NCBI GenBank assembly: GCA_965262115.1
Contig: OZ253496.1
Location: 928,001-992,000, forward strand
Length of the DNA: 64,000 nucleotides
Reading direction: 5' to 3'
Origin: Nitrospinales bacterium
GTDB lineage: Bacteria; Nitrospinota; Nitrospinia; Nitrospinales; VA-1
Positions 20,851 to 31,995 of this stretch are shown one piece after another. The notes beneath the pieces are model-generated. The model worked only from the letters and a program-made list of their open reading frames with translations. It did no database searches and had not been told where the DNA came from. The position numbers were made by a program, and so were the translations under genes. The stretch's first letter is position 1. Each line of letters begins with the position of its first letter.

Positions 20851-21666
20851 CTAAGGCAAAAGGACAAGCACCTCTTCCAGGCGCGACAAATCTGAGCTGG
20901 GAGTTAAGGTAATCTCCTGAAACAACCCTTGTTTCTTCCTGGATACCTGGGAGACTTTTCCGATGACCAAGCCCTTCGGGAAAATTCCACCCAGCCCCGA
21001 GGAAAGCATCGTGTCTCCCACTTTGACATCTGCAGTGTTCGGAACAAATTTCAATTTACACTCATCTTCCCCCATGCCAACAACGACTCCCGATACTCGG
21101 TTATCCTGAAACAAGGCATCCACCGCGCTACGACCGTCAATAATCAAAAGCACCTTCGAGGTGTTGGCACCAGCATGAATCACCTGGCCGATCACTCCGG
21201 CCTCAGTAACCACGGCCAAGTGATTCCTAATCCCGTTTTGCGTTCCCTTATTAACAACCACCACCTTTGACCACTGGGTGGCATCCCTGCCAATGACCGA
21301 AGCCACCAAAATTTTCTTATCCCAATCGTCTTCATAAGCCATGAGTTTAGCAAGACGCTTTTGGCTGGCGAGACGTTCAATGAGTTGGTTTTTTTCGCTT
21401 ATGAGGCGCTGAATTTCCAGCTTTAGCTGGTCATTTTCCCTCGCCACATCGACAAGGAAAAAATAATGATTGATGCTATCGGAGACAGACTGAATGGTTT
21501 GGGTAAAAAAATTCTGGAACGGGGAAAGGATGAAGCCCGCTACGGAGTCGAGAAAACCGGCACCTTTTTCCTGCTTGACGTTCAAAGTCATCAACGCCAA
21601 AGAGAACAGGAGAATTGCAGAAACAAGCACAATATTTTTTTTGCTTTTATTTCCTTTTCTGAGCAC
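20851..21666 (-). CDS. mreC: Rod shape-determining protein MreC
   Basis: TM plus coiled coil, NKG..GI and SSGLGGIFPKGL. Confidence 0.95.
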   Translation of the reverse strand: MLRKGNKSKKNIVLVSAILLFSLALMTLNVKQEKGAGFLDSVAGFILSPFQNFFTQTIQSVSDSINHYFFLVDVARENDQLKLEIQRLISEKNQLIERLASQKRLAKLMAYEDDWDKKILVASVIGRDATQWSKVVVVNKGTQNGIRNHLAVVTEAGVIGQVIHAGANTSKVLLIIDGRSAVDALFQDNRVSGVVVGMGEDECKLKFVPNTADVKVGDTMLSSGLGGIFPKGLVIGKVSQVSRKKQGLFQEITLTPSSDLSRLEEVLVLLP

Positions 21667-21668
21667 CG

Positions 21669-22691
<1,023 letters not shown>

Positions 22692-22953
22692 TCATATCCC
22701 TTATTGCGGGTTTCATAAATTTGCGTAACTTCTTGTTTTTCCTCAGGTTCATTTATAGCAAGGGGCCGTATAAAATGCAAGATAAATCCCGGCGCGCGCT
22801 CGCTATACCACTACCGTTTGGGCCAGATGCAGCCAAGGATAACCAGCACTCTCCATAAAACCCCGTTACTCACTCACTAATAATGGCTTGCGATTCTCTT
22901 GCGTGTTTTATAGTATAGGTTCCTTCTTTAACCGAGAACCGAGAGTAACATCT

Positions 22954-24885
22954 ATGCTGAGCACGATTCGAGAACATGCTGATTCCTGGCTGATTAAATC
23001 CATTCTATGGATGATCATCCTGGCTTTTGTAGGAACTATTTTCTATTCATGGGGAATGGGGGGTGCTTCCAACTCCGGGGGCGGAGTCATAGCAACCGTT
23101 GAAGGAGAAAATATTTACCAGGGCGAATATGATCGCACTTTTAATAACCTTGTGAATTTTTACCGACAACAATTCAGGAACCAGTTTTCTGACGAGATGA
23201 TCAAAAAGCTCGATCTGAAAACTCAGGCTTTGGAGGCTTTAATCCAAAAAAAATTATTATTGCAGAAAGCCGAAAAACAAAACTTGAGAGTCAGCAATGC
23301 AGAACTGATATCCCATATCCAGGGTTTGCAGGTATTCCAAAATGATAAAAATTTCAGCGAAAAATCTTATCGAAATTATCTTCAGTTTCAACGGGTCACT
23401 CCCGGCGAGTTTGAAGACAACCAGCGCGAGAACCTGGTTTTAAACAAGCTGGAGAAACTGTTCGGAACCAGCTCCAAAGTTTCACAAAGTGAAATCCGTG
23501 AAGCCTTCATAAACGAAGAAGAAAAAGCCAAGCTGGACTATGTGCGATTTAACGACGATCACTTTCAGGTCGAAAAAACTTTTACCGATCAGGAACTCAA
23601 TGATTTTTTTCAAGCCAACAAAAAACAGTTTGAGATACCGCCGCAAATCAAGGTTGTATATGTAAAAATTGAGCCCCAGACCTATCTTGCAGAAATCAAA
23701 CCTCGGGATGAAGACATTGAATACTATTACCAGACCAAGATTGCTGATTTTCGCGTTAAGAAAATGTACCGGGCCAGCCACATACTCGTCCATATAAAAT
23801 CATCGGAAATTGAGGGAGATGCTTCTCCTGAAGAAAAACAGAAACAAGCGGAAGATAAAGCGAAAGCCCGGGCCACTGAACTTCTGGAAAAAGTTAAAAC
23901 CGGTGCCGACTTCGGAGAAATTGCAAAAAAACATTCCGATGACCCCGGCTCAGGATCCCAGGGAGGAAGCCTGGGAGAGTTTCCCAAAGGAACCATGGTC
24001 TCCGTTTTTGAGTCGGCTTTGGAAAAGTTGAAGGTTGGAGAAATTAGTGAACCTGTTCTAACCCCTTTTGGCTACCATATTATCAAACTGGAAGGCTTTG
24101 AGGAGGAACGGTTCAAACCGCTGAAGGAGGTCCGCGAAGAAGTCATTCAGTCCCTGAAGAATATCAAGGCCCGGCAAAGGGTTAGAAGAACGGCAAAACA
24201 TATTCATCGGGAAGCGGAAAAAGATGGCAATCTGCAATCAGCCGCTGAAAAGAATCAGGCTCAGACAACCACCACGGAATTTTTCTCCAGAGAAAAGCAT
24301 AATCCCCTGGAAATAGGCAACAATCCCCAGTTCTACAACACAGCCTTCACCTTGGGGGAAAACAGGGTCAGCCAACCTGTGCACACTCAGGAAGCGTCTT
24401 TCGTTTTAAAACTCGCTGGCAGCAAAGAAGCCTATATCCCAAAGTTGAAGGAAGTCAGAAAACCTGTTGAACAAGCTTTAACCGAACGCGTCAATGAAGA
24501 GCAAACCTCCTCCAAGTTCAGGGAACTGGAACAAAAGCTGGCGCAGGAAAAGGATCTGGAAAAAGTCATCAAAGGGCTGGATTTGAGCGTCCGGCACACG
24601 CCGTTCTTCAGCATGGCAGACTCCATTCCCGGGATTGGTAATATCAAAGAAATCAAGGAAAAAACTTTAGCAATGAAGGTGGGAGATACTTCCTCCGCGA
24701 AAATAAGAAACCGTTTTTACCTGTTTAAACGGGTGGATAAAGAAGCCGCCGGAGAACCCGACAGAGAACAAACCAAAAAAATAATCCAACGCATCAATCA
24801 GGAAAAAAGTAGCCAAATGTTTCAGGAGTGGGTGGAAAACTTGAAAGCCCGGGCAGAAATTATGATCGACAAATCCTTGATGTGA
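22954..24885 (+). CDS. ppiD: PpiD-like peptidyl-prolyl isomerase (SurA N-domain plus parvulin)
   Basis: N-terminal TM, RASHIL, SDDPGS..GG.LG and FGYHIIK; ATG at 22954. Confidence 0.88.
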   Translation: MLSTIREHADSWLIKSILWMIILAFVGTIFYSWGMGGASNSGGGVIATVEGENIYQGEYDRTFNNLVNFYRQQFRNQFSDEMIKKLDLKTQALEALIQKKLLLQKAEKQNLRVSNAELISHIQGLQVFQNDKNFSEKSYRNYLQFQRVTPGEFEDNQRENLVLNKLEKLFGTSSKVSQSEIREAFINEEEKAKLDYVRFNDDHFQVEKTFTDQELNDFFQANKKQFEIPPQIKVVYVKIEPQTYLAEIKPRDEDIEYYYQTKIADFRVKKMYRASHILVHIKSSEIEGDASPEEKQKQAEDKAKARATELLEKVKTGADFGEIAKKHSDDPGSGSQGGSLGEFPKGTMVSVFESALEKLKVGEISEPVLTPFGYHIIKLEGFEEERFKPLKEVREEVIQSLKNIKARQRVRRTAKHIHREAEKDGNLQSAAEKNQAQTTTTEFFSREKHNPLEIGNNPQFYNTAFTLGENRVSQPVHTQEASFVLKLAGSKEAYIPKLKEVRKPVEQALTERVNEEQTSSKFRELEQKLAQEKDLEKVIKGLDLSVRHTPFFSMADSIPGIGNIKEIKEKTLAMKVGDTSSAKIRNRFYLFKRVDKEAAGEPDREQTKKIIQRINQEKSSQMFQEWVENLKARAEIMIDKSLM

Positions 24886-24931
24886 TTTTCATAGCCCGGT
24901 GAATTGGCAAAGTCTTGATTTGATTTTGCGT

Positions 24932-26290
24932 TTAGACCGTTTTTTTATACAGCCGGTGAATTTTTAGAATTTTGTTTGTCAATGATTCGATGTCCTCAGC
25001 AATAACCCGAATCATCTCTTCCTTTCTTATCCCGCCCAGATCATAAATGATATCTGGCACCGAGCCGAAATCCATAAGCGCTTTTTGGGTGCCCCATTCC
25101 AGGGAAGACCCTTCCCGAACTCTTATATTTTTAGGTTCCTCCGCCCTGTCAAACGAAGCAATCTTAAACCGGAGGCGTTGACATATTTTTAACAGCGCGT
25201 CCGTATATTTAATATTCATGACAGCGCGTTTTTCTGGATCAAAACGCATGACCGTCAAAACAATATTGGCGACATGCCGGGAACCGCCAAACTCAGGTTC
25301 GGCACCCGTGAAAATATCTTCCCCATTTTTGATAAGGCGCCCTGGGATGGCGAGAACATCCTCATGATTTTTGGCATTTTTTAGCGCCAACCCGATATTG
25401 GTTTGAACCTCAGGAACCAATGACCCAATTCTTTCTTCCCGGAATACCCGGATGGCCCGATTCATTCCTTCTAAAGCCTGGGCTTTTTCATTTTCCCTGT
25501 ACAGTGCGGATAGCGGCTCCACACTGGCCTTGCCGTTTCCAGAAATCACTTCTCCAAGAATAGCCCGTCCAATAAAATCCTTGGCTTCTATTACCGTCGG
25601 CAAGATTTGTCTGCCCAAAGCCAGTCCAGCGGTAATTGCTGATGAAAAAACACAACCTGTTCCATGGGGATCCGATTCCGACAATCGCTCTGAGCTTAAA
25701 ATCTCTATACCATTGTTATCCAGAAACAGATCTTCCGGTTTTCCTTTCAAGTGGCCACCCGTGAGCACCACCGCCCGTACTCCCGATTTAAGAATTTTTC
25801 GTGCCGCACGCTTTCTGTCCGCAGTTCGGCGGATTTTTATTCCGGATAATATTTCAGCTTCCCTGATATTTGGGGTCACAAGACGCGCCAGAGGGAACAA
25901 GCGCTTCATCATCATCTCCACCCCGGATGGGGCGAGCAGTTTTTTCCCTGAAGAAGAAAAAATGACGGGATCGACAACCAGGTTTTTAACCCGATAACAT
26001 TTGAGCAGGGAGGCAACCCGATCGACAATCTGCTCATTGCCCAGCATTCCTGTTTTTACGGCCTGGCATTTATTATCCTCAAAAATGGATTTAAGCTGGC
26101 TTTCAACAACACCAACTGGCAAATCATTCACAGCCTGGACTCCCAAAGTATTCTGGGAAGTGATGGAGGTGATCACTGTTTTGCCAAATACCCCAAGAGC
26201 AGAAAATGTTTTAAGATCGGCTTGAATGCCAGCGCCGCCTCCGGAATCCGAACCGGCTATTGTCAAGGCTACTGCAATTTTGTCAGACAT
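24932..26290 (-). CDS. thiD: Bifunctional HMP(P) kinase ThiD / ThiN-type thiamine-phosphate synthase
   Basis: AGSDSGGGAGIQAD and HGTGC, plus a C-terminal PEVQTNI..PGR..FGGSRHVA..D.GG..KE domain. Confidence 0.9.
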   Translation of the reverse strand: MSDKIAVALTIAGSDSGGGAGIQADLKTFSALGVFGKTVITSITSQNTLGVQAVNDLPVGVVESQLKSIFEDNKCQAVKTGMLGNEQIVDRVASLLKCYRVKNLVVDPVIFSSSGKKLLAPSGVEMMMKRLFPLARLVTPNIREAEILSGIKIRRTADRKRAARKILKSGVRAVVLTGGHLKGKPEDLFLDNNGIEILSSERLSESDPHGTGCVFSSAITAGLALGRQILPTVIEAKDFIGRAILGEVISGNGKASVEPLSALYRENEKAQALEGMNRAIRVFREERIGSLVPEVQTNIGLALKNAKNHEDVLAIPGRLIKNGEDIFTGAEPEFGGSRHVANIVLTVMRFDPEKRAVMNIKYTDALLKICQRLRFKIASFDRAEEPKNIRVREGSSLEWGTQKALMDFGSVPDIIYDLGGIRKEEMIRVIAEDIESLTNKILKIHRLYKKTV

Positions 26291-26377
26291 AAATCAATCT
26301 CTTCAATATAGGAAAATAAGGAAGGTTTAATGTAACAGACCGTCTTGAAACCTGGTAATAAAATATTGGGGTTTTAT

Positions 26378-28198
26378 TCAGGCAACGGTAACGGATTTGG
26401 CAAGAGATCGGGGTTTGTCGATATTGCGCTTCAGAGAGGTGGCGGTAAAATATGCAAACAACTGGCCAATGACCAACTGAATAAGAGGCGCCGTCAAAGG
26501 AGGTACTTTGGGAAGGATCAATTCTTCACTGTATAAATCCTGGTTTTTCCCCTGCTCGCTGAAATGAATTCCCAGAACAAAACCTGACCGGGCGCGAATT
26601 TCCTCTATACAATGCATCGTGGATTCATAGAGTACTTTATCTTCAGGAGGCGGAACGAACACGATTGAAAACACATCGTCATCAATCATAGCCAGTGTTC
26701 CGTGCTTTAAAAATCCACCGGGCATTCCTTCTGCATGAACGTAGGCAACCTCTTTCATTTTTAAAGCTGCTTCCAAGGCAATAGGATAATAAACCCCCCG
26801 CCCTAAATAGAGCCAGTTGAGGCTCCCGGAATATTTATGGGCAAGGCGATGAATAAAACCGGATCGCTCGTTTAAAATTCCCTGGATAATTTCAGGGAGC
26901 TCCTGCAAAGCCTGCAGGTGCTGGTTATAGGTTTTTCGGGTGATCACTTTCTTTTTTAAGGCAAGCTTCATAGCCATCACCGTAAAAATTACCATTTGCG
27001 ATAACGCGGCCTTGGTACTGATCACACAGATTTCAGGTCCCGATCCTTGGAGAACTACTTTGTCAACCAGCCTGGCAATGGAGGAACCCATGACATTGAC
27101 AACTGCTGCTGTCCGGGCTCCACTGGATTTGGCATACTTCAACGCCGACAAGGTGTCAAAGGTTTCACCGGATTGCGAAGCGGCAAAAACCAGAGACTGC
27201 TTGTTCACATTGGCCAATGCCATGAACTCATCAGAACTGATGGAAGGAAAAAACTCCTGCACCAACTGCGAAAAAATATATTTGGCATATTTAGCAACGT
27301 AAAAAGTAGTTCCCACACCCAGCAAATAAGAGTTCTTAGATTTTGCAAATAAATCAACAACCTCATCCAGCCCTGAGGCCTCCAGATCCAACGCATTAGA
27401 AATGGTTTGAGGCTGTTCATAAATTTCCTTGAGCATATAATGAGGATAGCCCCCCTTTTTGGAAGTCTCACTGTCCCATTCAATTTTAGTGATGGCTTTC
27501 GTGACTTCGTCCTTGCTCAAAATGCTTTTCACGACATAGGTATCCCGGGAAAGAATGGCATATTCTCCATCATCCAGAATCACAGCATTTTTGGTATGGT
27601 CGATGAAAGCGTTGAAATCGGAACCAATAAATTTAATCTCATCACCGATACCGAGCATCAGTGGTGATTCCTTTTTCGCGCAAAAAATCTGATCGGGAAG
27701 ATAGGAGGAAATAAATGCTATCGCATAGGTTCCTTCAATGAGGCCCAGCATCTTCAAAAAAGCTTTTTCCACGTTACGACTGCGCTTGTAAAACTTCTCT
27801 AAAAGGTGGGCGAGAATTTCAGTATCGGTTTCCGAAGAAAACTTGAAGCCTTCTTTTTTTAGCTGGTCTCTCAAAGGACGGTAATTGGAAATGATTCCAT
27901 TGTGAACCACAGCAAAATTACCATCGCGGGAGGTGAGCGGGTGGGTGTTCTTCTGCGTCACTTTTCCGTGCGTGGCCCAGCGGGTATGGGCAATGCCTAT
28001 CTTGCTTTTCTGATCAAGGACATTGTGTTTGCGATAAAACTCTTCCACACCTCCAATGTCTTTTTTAATGATGAGGCGTGTTTTGTTCATCAAAGCAACG
28101 CCGCAAGAGTCATAGCCTCTGTACTCCAGGTTCCTGATCCCCTCAAAAAGAAGTTCGGATATATTTTTTAATCCGACAGCACCACTAATTCCACACAT
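26378..28198 (-). CDS. glmS: Glutamine-fructose-6-phosphate aminotransferase
   Basis: MCGI, HTRWATHG, SQSGET, LKHG and PRSLAKSVTV. Confidence 0.97.
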   Translation of the reverse strand: MCGISGAVGLKNISELLFEGIRNLEYRGYDSCGVALMNKTRLIIKKDIGGVEEFYRKHNVLDQKSKIGIAHTRWATHGKVTQKNTHPLTSRDGNFAVVHNGIISNYRPLRDQLKKEGFKFSSETDTEILAHLLEKFYKRSRNVEKAFLKMLGLIEGTYAIAFISSYLPDQIFCAKKESPLMLGIGDEIKFIGSDFNAFIDHTKNAVILDDGEYAILSRDTYVVKSILSKDEVTKAITKIEWDSETSKKGGYPHYMLKEIYEQPQTISNALDLEASGLDEVVDLFAKSKNSYLLGVGTTFYVAKYAKYIFSQLVQEFFPSISSDEFMALANVNKQSLVFAASQSGETFDTLSALKYAKSSGARTAAVVNVMGSSIARLVDKVVLQGSGPEICVISTKAALSQMVIFTVMAMKLALKKKVITRKTYNQHLQALQELPEIIQGILNERSGFIHRLAHKYSGSLNWLYLGRGVYYPIALEAALKMKEVAYVHAEGMPGGFLKHGTLAMIDDDVFSIVFVPPPEDKVLYESTMHCIEEIRARSGFVLGIHFSEQGKNQDLYSEELILPKVPPLTAPLIQLVIGQLFAYFTATSLKRNIDKPRSLAKSVTVA

Positions 28199-28214
28199 AC
28201 TTATTTTCGACCTG

Positions 28215-29420
28215 TTATTTATGTTTTACGGAGTAGCATGCGGGAAGGGTAATCCCGGGGGCAACAATCGTTCCGGGCTGCAGGGTATTTCCGGCCCCAA
28301 CAACAACTCCATCACCGAGAAAAGCACCCAATTTTTTCATTCCCGTCGGCATAGGCCGCTTGCAGTTTTTCACAAAAATCGGTTTCCAGTCTATGTCTCG
28401 ATTCACAGTCATGCACCCTGCTCCCATATCCACATTTTCACCCAACACACTGTCTCCGACAAAAGAAAGACGGCCTATCTGGGAATTTTCCATCACCACG
28501 CAGTTTTTTAATTCCACACCGCTACCTACCGAACAATTTTTTCCAACAGAGGTGTAGCTTCTGACAAGAGAGTTATTACCGATATAGCTTCCTTTCCCAA
28601 TGCAACAAGGCCCTTCCAGTACGGCGCCAGATTTAATCACCGCTCCCGCCTCGACCCGGACGACTCCCTGCAGGGTCACATTAGCTTCCAGTGTTGCGTC
28701 TTTGGCGACAGAAGTCTCCTGCCACGAATCCATGATTATCTTGTTCGCCGTCAGAATTTCCCAGGGATAAACCACATCCAGCCATTCATCTTCCCACATG
28801 GAGGCACGTAGTCCTTCTCCCGCCACCACTTTCTTCAACGCCTTCTCCATGGAATTCCCTGAAGATTCCAGCAACTGAAAAAAATAGGCTGGCAATATAA
28901 ACACTCCGGCCAGAACATAATTGCCGAGCTTGTTGCCTTTGGGTTTCTCGATGATTTTTGTGATTTCCATACGCGCATTCAGGAAAACGTTTCCAAACAT
29001 CTGATTGGAAGGCGGCAGGCATATGGAGGCCACCGGACATTTGAATGAATGAAAGGATTGCTGAATTTTGCTGAAGATATTATTCGCCGTCAGGATATCT
29101 CCATACGCAAGCAGGAAATATTCACCCGGGAGTATTTTATTTTTGACCTGCATCACCGCATGACCGATTCCCAGCTTGCGTTTTTGCTCCACGTGATGCA
29201 GATTCAATCCATTGTGACCCTGCTGCTGAATCCGTTCGATTAACTTTTCTTTCTTATGTCCAGCCACCACAAAGATGTCGTTGATTCCTGCACTTTTAAG
29301 CAAACCGATGGTATTATCCAGCAGAGTGCGCCCCGCAACTCCAATCATGGAGATGGGCCGGGTTTCTGAAAATGGGCTGAGATGGGTGCCTTCACCCGCA
29401 ACTAGGATTATGGCTTTCAT
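28215..29420 (-). CDS. Archaeal-GlmU-like sugar-1-P nucleotidyltransferase/acetyltransferase homologue with degenerate motifs
   Basis: NTase fold (LVAGEGTH, YGD, EKP) plus left-handed beta-helix (VELKNC, GRLSFVGDS, KKLGA). Confidence 0.8.
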   Translation of the reverse strand: MKAIILVAGEGTHLSPFSETRPISMIGVAGRTLLDNTIGLLKSAGINDIFVVAGHKKEKLIERIQQQGHNGLNLHHVEQKRKLGIGHAVMQVKNKILPGEYFLLAYGDILTANNIFSKIQQSFHSFKCPVASICLPPSNQMFGNVFLNARMEITKIIEKPKGNKLGNYVLAGVFILPAYFFQLLESSGNSMEKALKKVVAGEGLRASMWEDEWLDVVYPWEILTANKIIMDSWQETSVAKDATLEANVTLQGVVRVEAGAVIKSGAVLEGPCCIGKGSYIGNNSLVRSYTSVGKNCSVGSGVELKNCVVMENSQIGRLSFVGDSVLGENVDMGAGCMTVNRDIDWKPIFVKNCKRPMPTGMKKLGAFLGDGVVVGAGNTLQPGTIVAPGITLPACYSVKHK

Positions 29421-29454
29421 TTGAAAAAATCCTGATTGGGAAGGATAAAGTTAG

Positions 29455-30207
29455 TTACGAAGGCTGACGATGATCGACCAACAGTCGTTCCGCCCGGTTT
29501 AAATCATCTGGAGAATTAATTCCCAGTACCTCGTTCGCATCCTGGGTCTGAATCGCCTGAACGGGATACCCCTTTCGTACCAGATATTCTATTGTATCGG
29601 TCAAATAGTATTCTTTCTGAATATTTTTGGGGCTAACTTGCTCTAAGACCTTGAAAAACAACCTATTGTCAAAACAATATACTCCGGAATTGAATTCGTC
29701 AACTTTTTTCTCAATTTCCGAAGCGTCCTTGAGCTCCACGATCTTTAATATTGAACCATTTCCATCACGAATGATCCGGCCAAAATCATGGCACCCACTA
29801 CTTTTAAGGGTCAGCACCGTGCACTTGGCTTCGATCCTTTTATGCCCTTGAACCATTTGCAACAGGGTATTAGGCCGGATCAAAGGCATGTCCCCACATA
29901 ACACTAAAACCAACCCGTCAAAGTTCTCCAATTTCGCCTTGGCTTGTTGCGCGGCATGGCCCGTACCCAACTGTTCTTCTTGGACCACGAACTCAACCTC
30001 ACGGTCAGCAAAGGCTTCTCGCACCTGATCAGCCTGATGTCCCACCACTACTATTGTCCGAGTGGGATTCAATCGAGAAGAAAGATCAAGTACATAGTGA
30101 AGAAGAGGATGACCAGCAACGGGAAGAAGAACTTTGGCAAGAGAAGATCGCATGCGGGTGCCTTTACCCGCCGCTAAAATGATGACCGCTAGGTCCTGCT
30201 GCTGCAT
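29455..30207 (-). CDS. glmU: Stand-alone GlmU N-terminal (GlcNAc-1-P uridyltransferase) domain
   Basis: LAAGKGTRM..S..KVL, QLGTGHA, GDMP, EYYLTD and GIN; ends at 250 aa with no beta-helix. Confidence 0.85.
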   Translation of the reverse strand: MQQQDLAVIILAAGKGTRMRSSLAKVLLPVAGHPLLHYVLDLSSRLNPTRTIVVVGHQADQVREAFADREVEFVVQEEQLGTGHAAQQAKAKLENFDGLVLVLCGDMPLIRPNTLLQMVQGHKRIEAKCTVLTLKSSGCHDFGRIIRDGNGSILKIVELKDASEIEKKVDEFNSGVYCFDNRLFFKVLEQVSPKNIQKEYYLTDTIEYLVRKGYPVQAIQTQDANEVLGINSPDDLNRAERLLVDHRQPS

Positions 30208-30479
30208 TTAATCTTATATTCGGCGATTTTTTTTCTTAACGTGTTGCGGTTGATTCCCAAAATATTCGCGGCCTTAGTCTGATTGCCGCTGGTTTCCTTC
30301 AGAACGATTTCAACCAGCGGTTTTTCAATGCCTCCCATGATCAACTCATGCAGATGCCCATTGTTTTTTTCATCCATCGAGCCGACATATTTCCGGATGG
30401 ATTTGTCCAGCCATTTTTCAAGAAAAATGGTAACTTCTTTATGGGGTTTTTTCATAGCAGGAGGATTCATTAAAGCCAC
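30189..30479 (-). CDS. fis: Fis-family HTH protein
   Basis: IEKPL..VL....GNQTKAA.ILGINRNTLRKK. Confidence 0.88.
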   Translation of the reverse strand: MALMNPPAMKKPHKEVTIFLEKWLDKSIRKYVGSMDEKNNGHLHELIMGGIEKPLVEIVLKETSGNQTKAANILGINRNTLRKKIAEYKIKCSSRT

Positions 30480-30675
30480 GGATCATAAAACATTGACGTC
30501 CTCCCCAGGGTCACAGATAGCTTGAATGCGGGGATAGTAGCAGACTCACCCCATGCGGTCAAGCATGGACTTGCAGACTTTTTAAAACCCTGCAATTACA
30601 AGTTGATTCCTCTCCAACGCATGGTCTAAGATGAAGTGAAAATTATCTGAAAACTTTTTAACACGCTTTAACTCC

Positions 30676-31995
30676 ATGAAAATCGCCTGCGTTACATTGG
30701 GATGCAGAACCAACCAGCACGACACTGCAGAAATGCAGACCCTGCTTGAGCAGGAAGGTTTCTCTATCGTCAATGGTAAAGAAAAGGCCGATGCCTATGT
30801 CATCAATACTTGTACAGTGACGCAACGGAGCGATTACAGTTCCCGTCTTGCGGTTAAAAAATCTCTGGCGATCAACCCTGAAGCTCTGGTCGTGTTCACC
30901 GGATGCTACGCACAGTTGAATTCGGAAGAAGCTTCCAAAATACACGGCCTCGACATCGTTCTGGGCAATGCCGACAAGCTGGAAATCGCTAACATTTTAA
31001 AAAAGAAACTTTTAAATCCCGGCCTGTCATGGAAAAAAAACTCTGACTCCGAGATCATCATGTCCGACATCCATAAAAAACGGATATTCAGAACCATCCC
31101 GGTGCGAAATTTTCAGGGCATGACCAAAGCCTTCATCAAAGTCCAAACCGGCTGTGATGAGAGGTGCTCATTCTGCACCGTTGTTAAAGCACGAGGCAAG
31201 TCAGTCAGCGATGCGCGGGAAAATATTATCTATAATGTGCAACAGGCCGTCGCATCCGGGTTTAAGGAAATCACTCTCACCGGCATTAACCTTGGCATTT
31301 GGGGCATGGATCGAAACGAAACCCTTTCTTCCCTGGTTCGCGATATCATTAAGCTTTCGGGAGATTTTCGAGTTCGGTTGAGTTCGATCAATCCCATGGA
31401 AATCGACAACGACCTCATACGACTCATTGCAGAAACCGAAAAGCTCTGTTCGCACCTGCATATTCCTTTACAAAGTGGTGATGAGATAATCTTGAAATCC
31501 ATGCGTAGAAATTATACCCGTCATCAATATCTCGAAGTCGTTCAACGCGCAGTCACCGCTATTCCCGGACTTGGACTGGGGGCGGATGTTATCGTCGGCT
31601 TTCCGGGAGAAACTGAAGAAGAGTTTGAAAACACCCGCAAACTGATAGAACAATTGCCTTTCTCCTATCTGCATGTGTTTTCCTACTCACCGCGCCGAGG
31701 CACCGAGGCCCACCAGTTCAAAGACGATGTTCCCGGAAATATAAAGAAACAAAGAAATAAGAACCTGACCCAATTGGCCAGTCAAAAGGCCTTGAAATAT
31801 CGCGAGAAATTTTTAGGGCAACAGGAAACTGTTCTGCTTGAAAACCAACGGGACACAAAATCAGGATGGCTCAAAGGCCATACCGGCAACTATATTCCAG
31901 TTATTCTGGAAGGCGCTGACGCATTGAAAAACAGCCTGGTTCCCGTCACCTTGCAGAAGGTTTCCGAACATCAGGTCACAGGATGCGTCCAGTAA
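30676..31995 (+). CDS. mtaB: tRNA methylthiotransferase MtaB (radical SAM)
   Basis: [29 protein letters not shown] and [12 protein letters not shown]. Confidence 0.92.
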   Translation: MKIACVTLGCRTNQHDTAEMQTLLEQEGFSIVNGKEKADAYVINTCTVTQRSDYSSRLAVKKSLAINPEALVVFTGCYAQLNSEEASKIHGLDIVLGNADKLEIANILKKKLLNPGLSWKKNSDSEIIMSDIHKKRIFRTIPVRNFQGMTKAFIKVQTGCDERCSFCTVVKARGKSVSDARENIIYNVQQAVASGFKEITLTGINLGIWGMDRNETLSSLVRDIIKLSGDFRVRLSSINPMEIDNDLIRLIAETEKLCSHLHIPLQSGDEIILKSMRRNYTRHQYLEVVQRAVTAIPGLGLGADVIVGFPGETEEEFENTRKLIEQLPFSYLHVFSYSPRRGTEAHQFKDDVPGNIKKQRNKNLTQLASQKALKYREKFLGQQETVLLENQRDTKSGWLKGHTGNYIPVILEGADALKNSLVPVTLQKVSEHQVTGCVQ

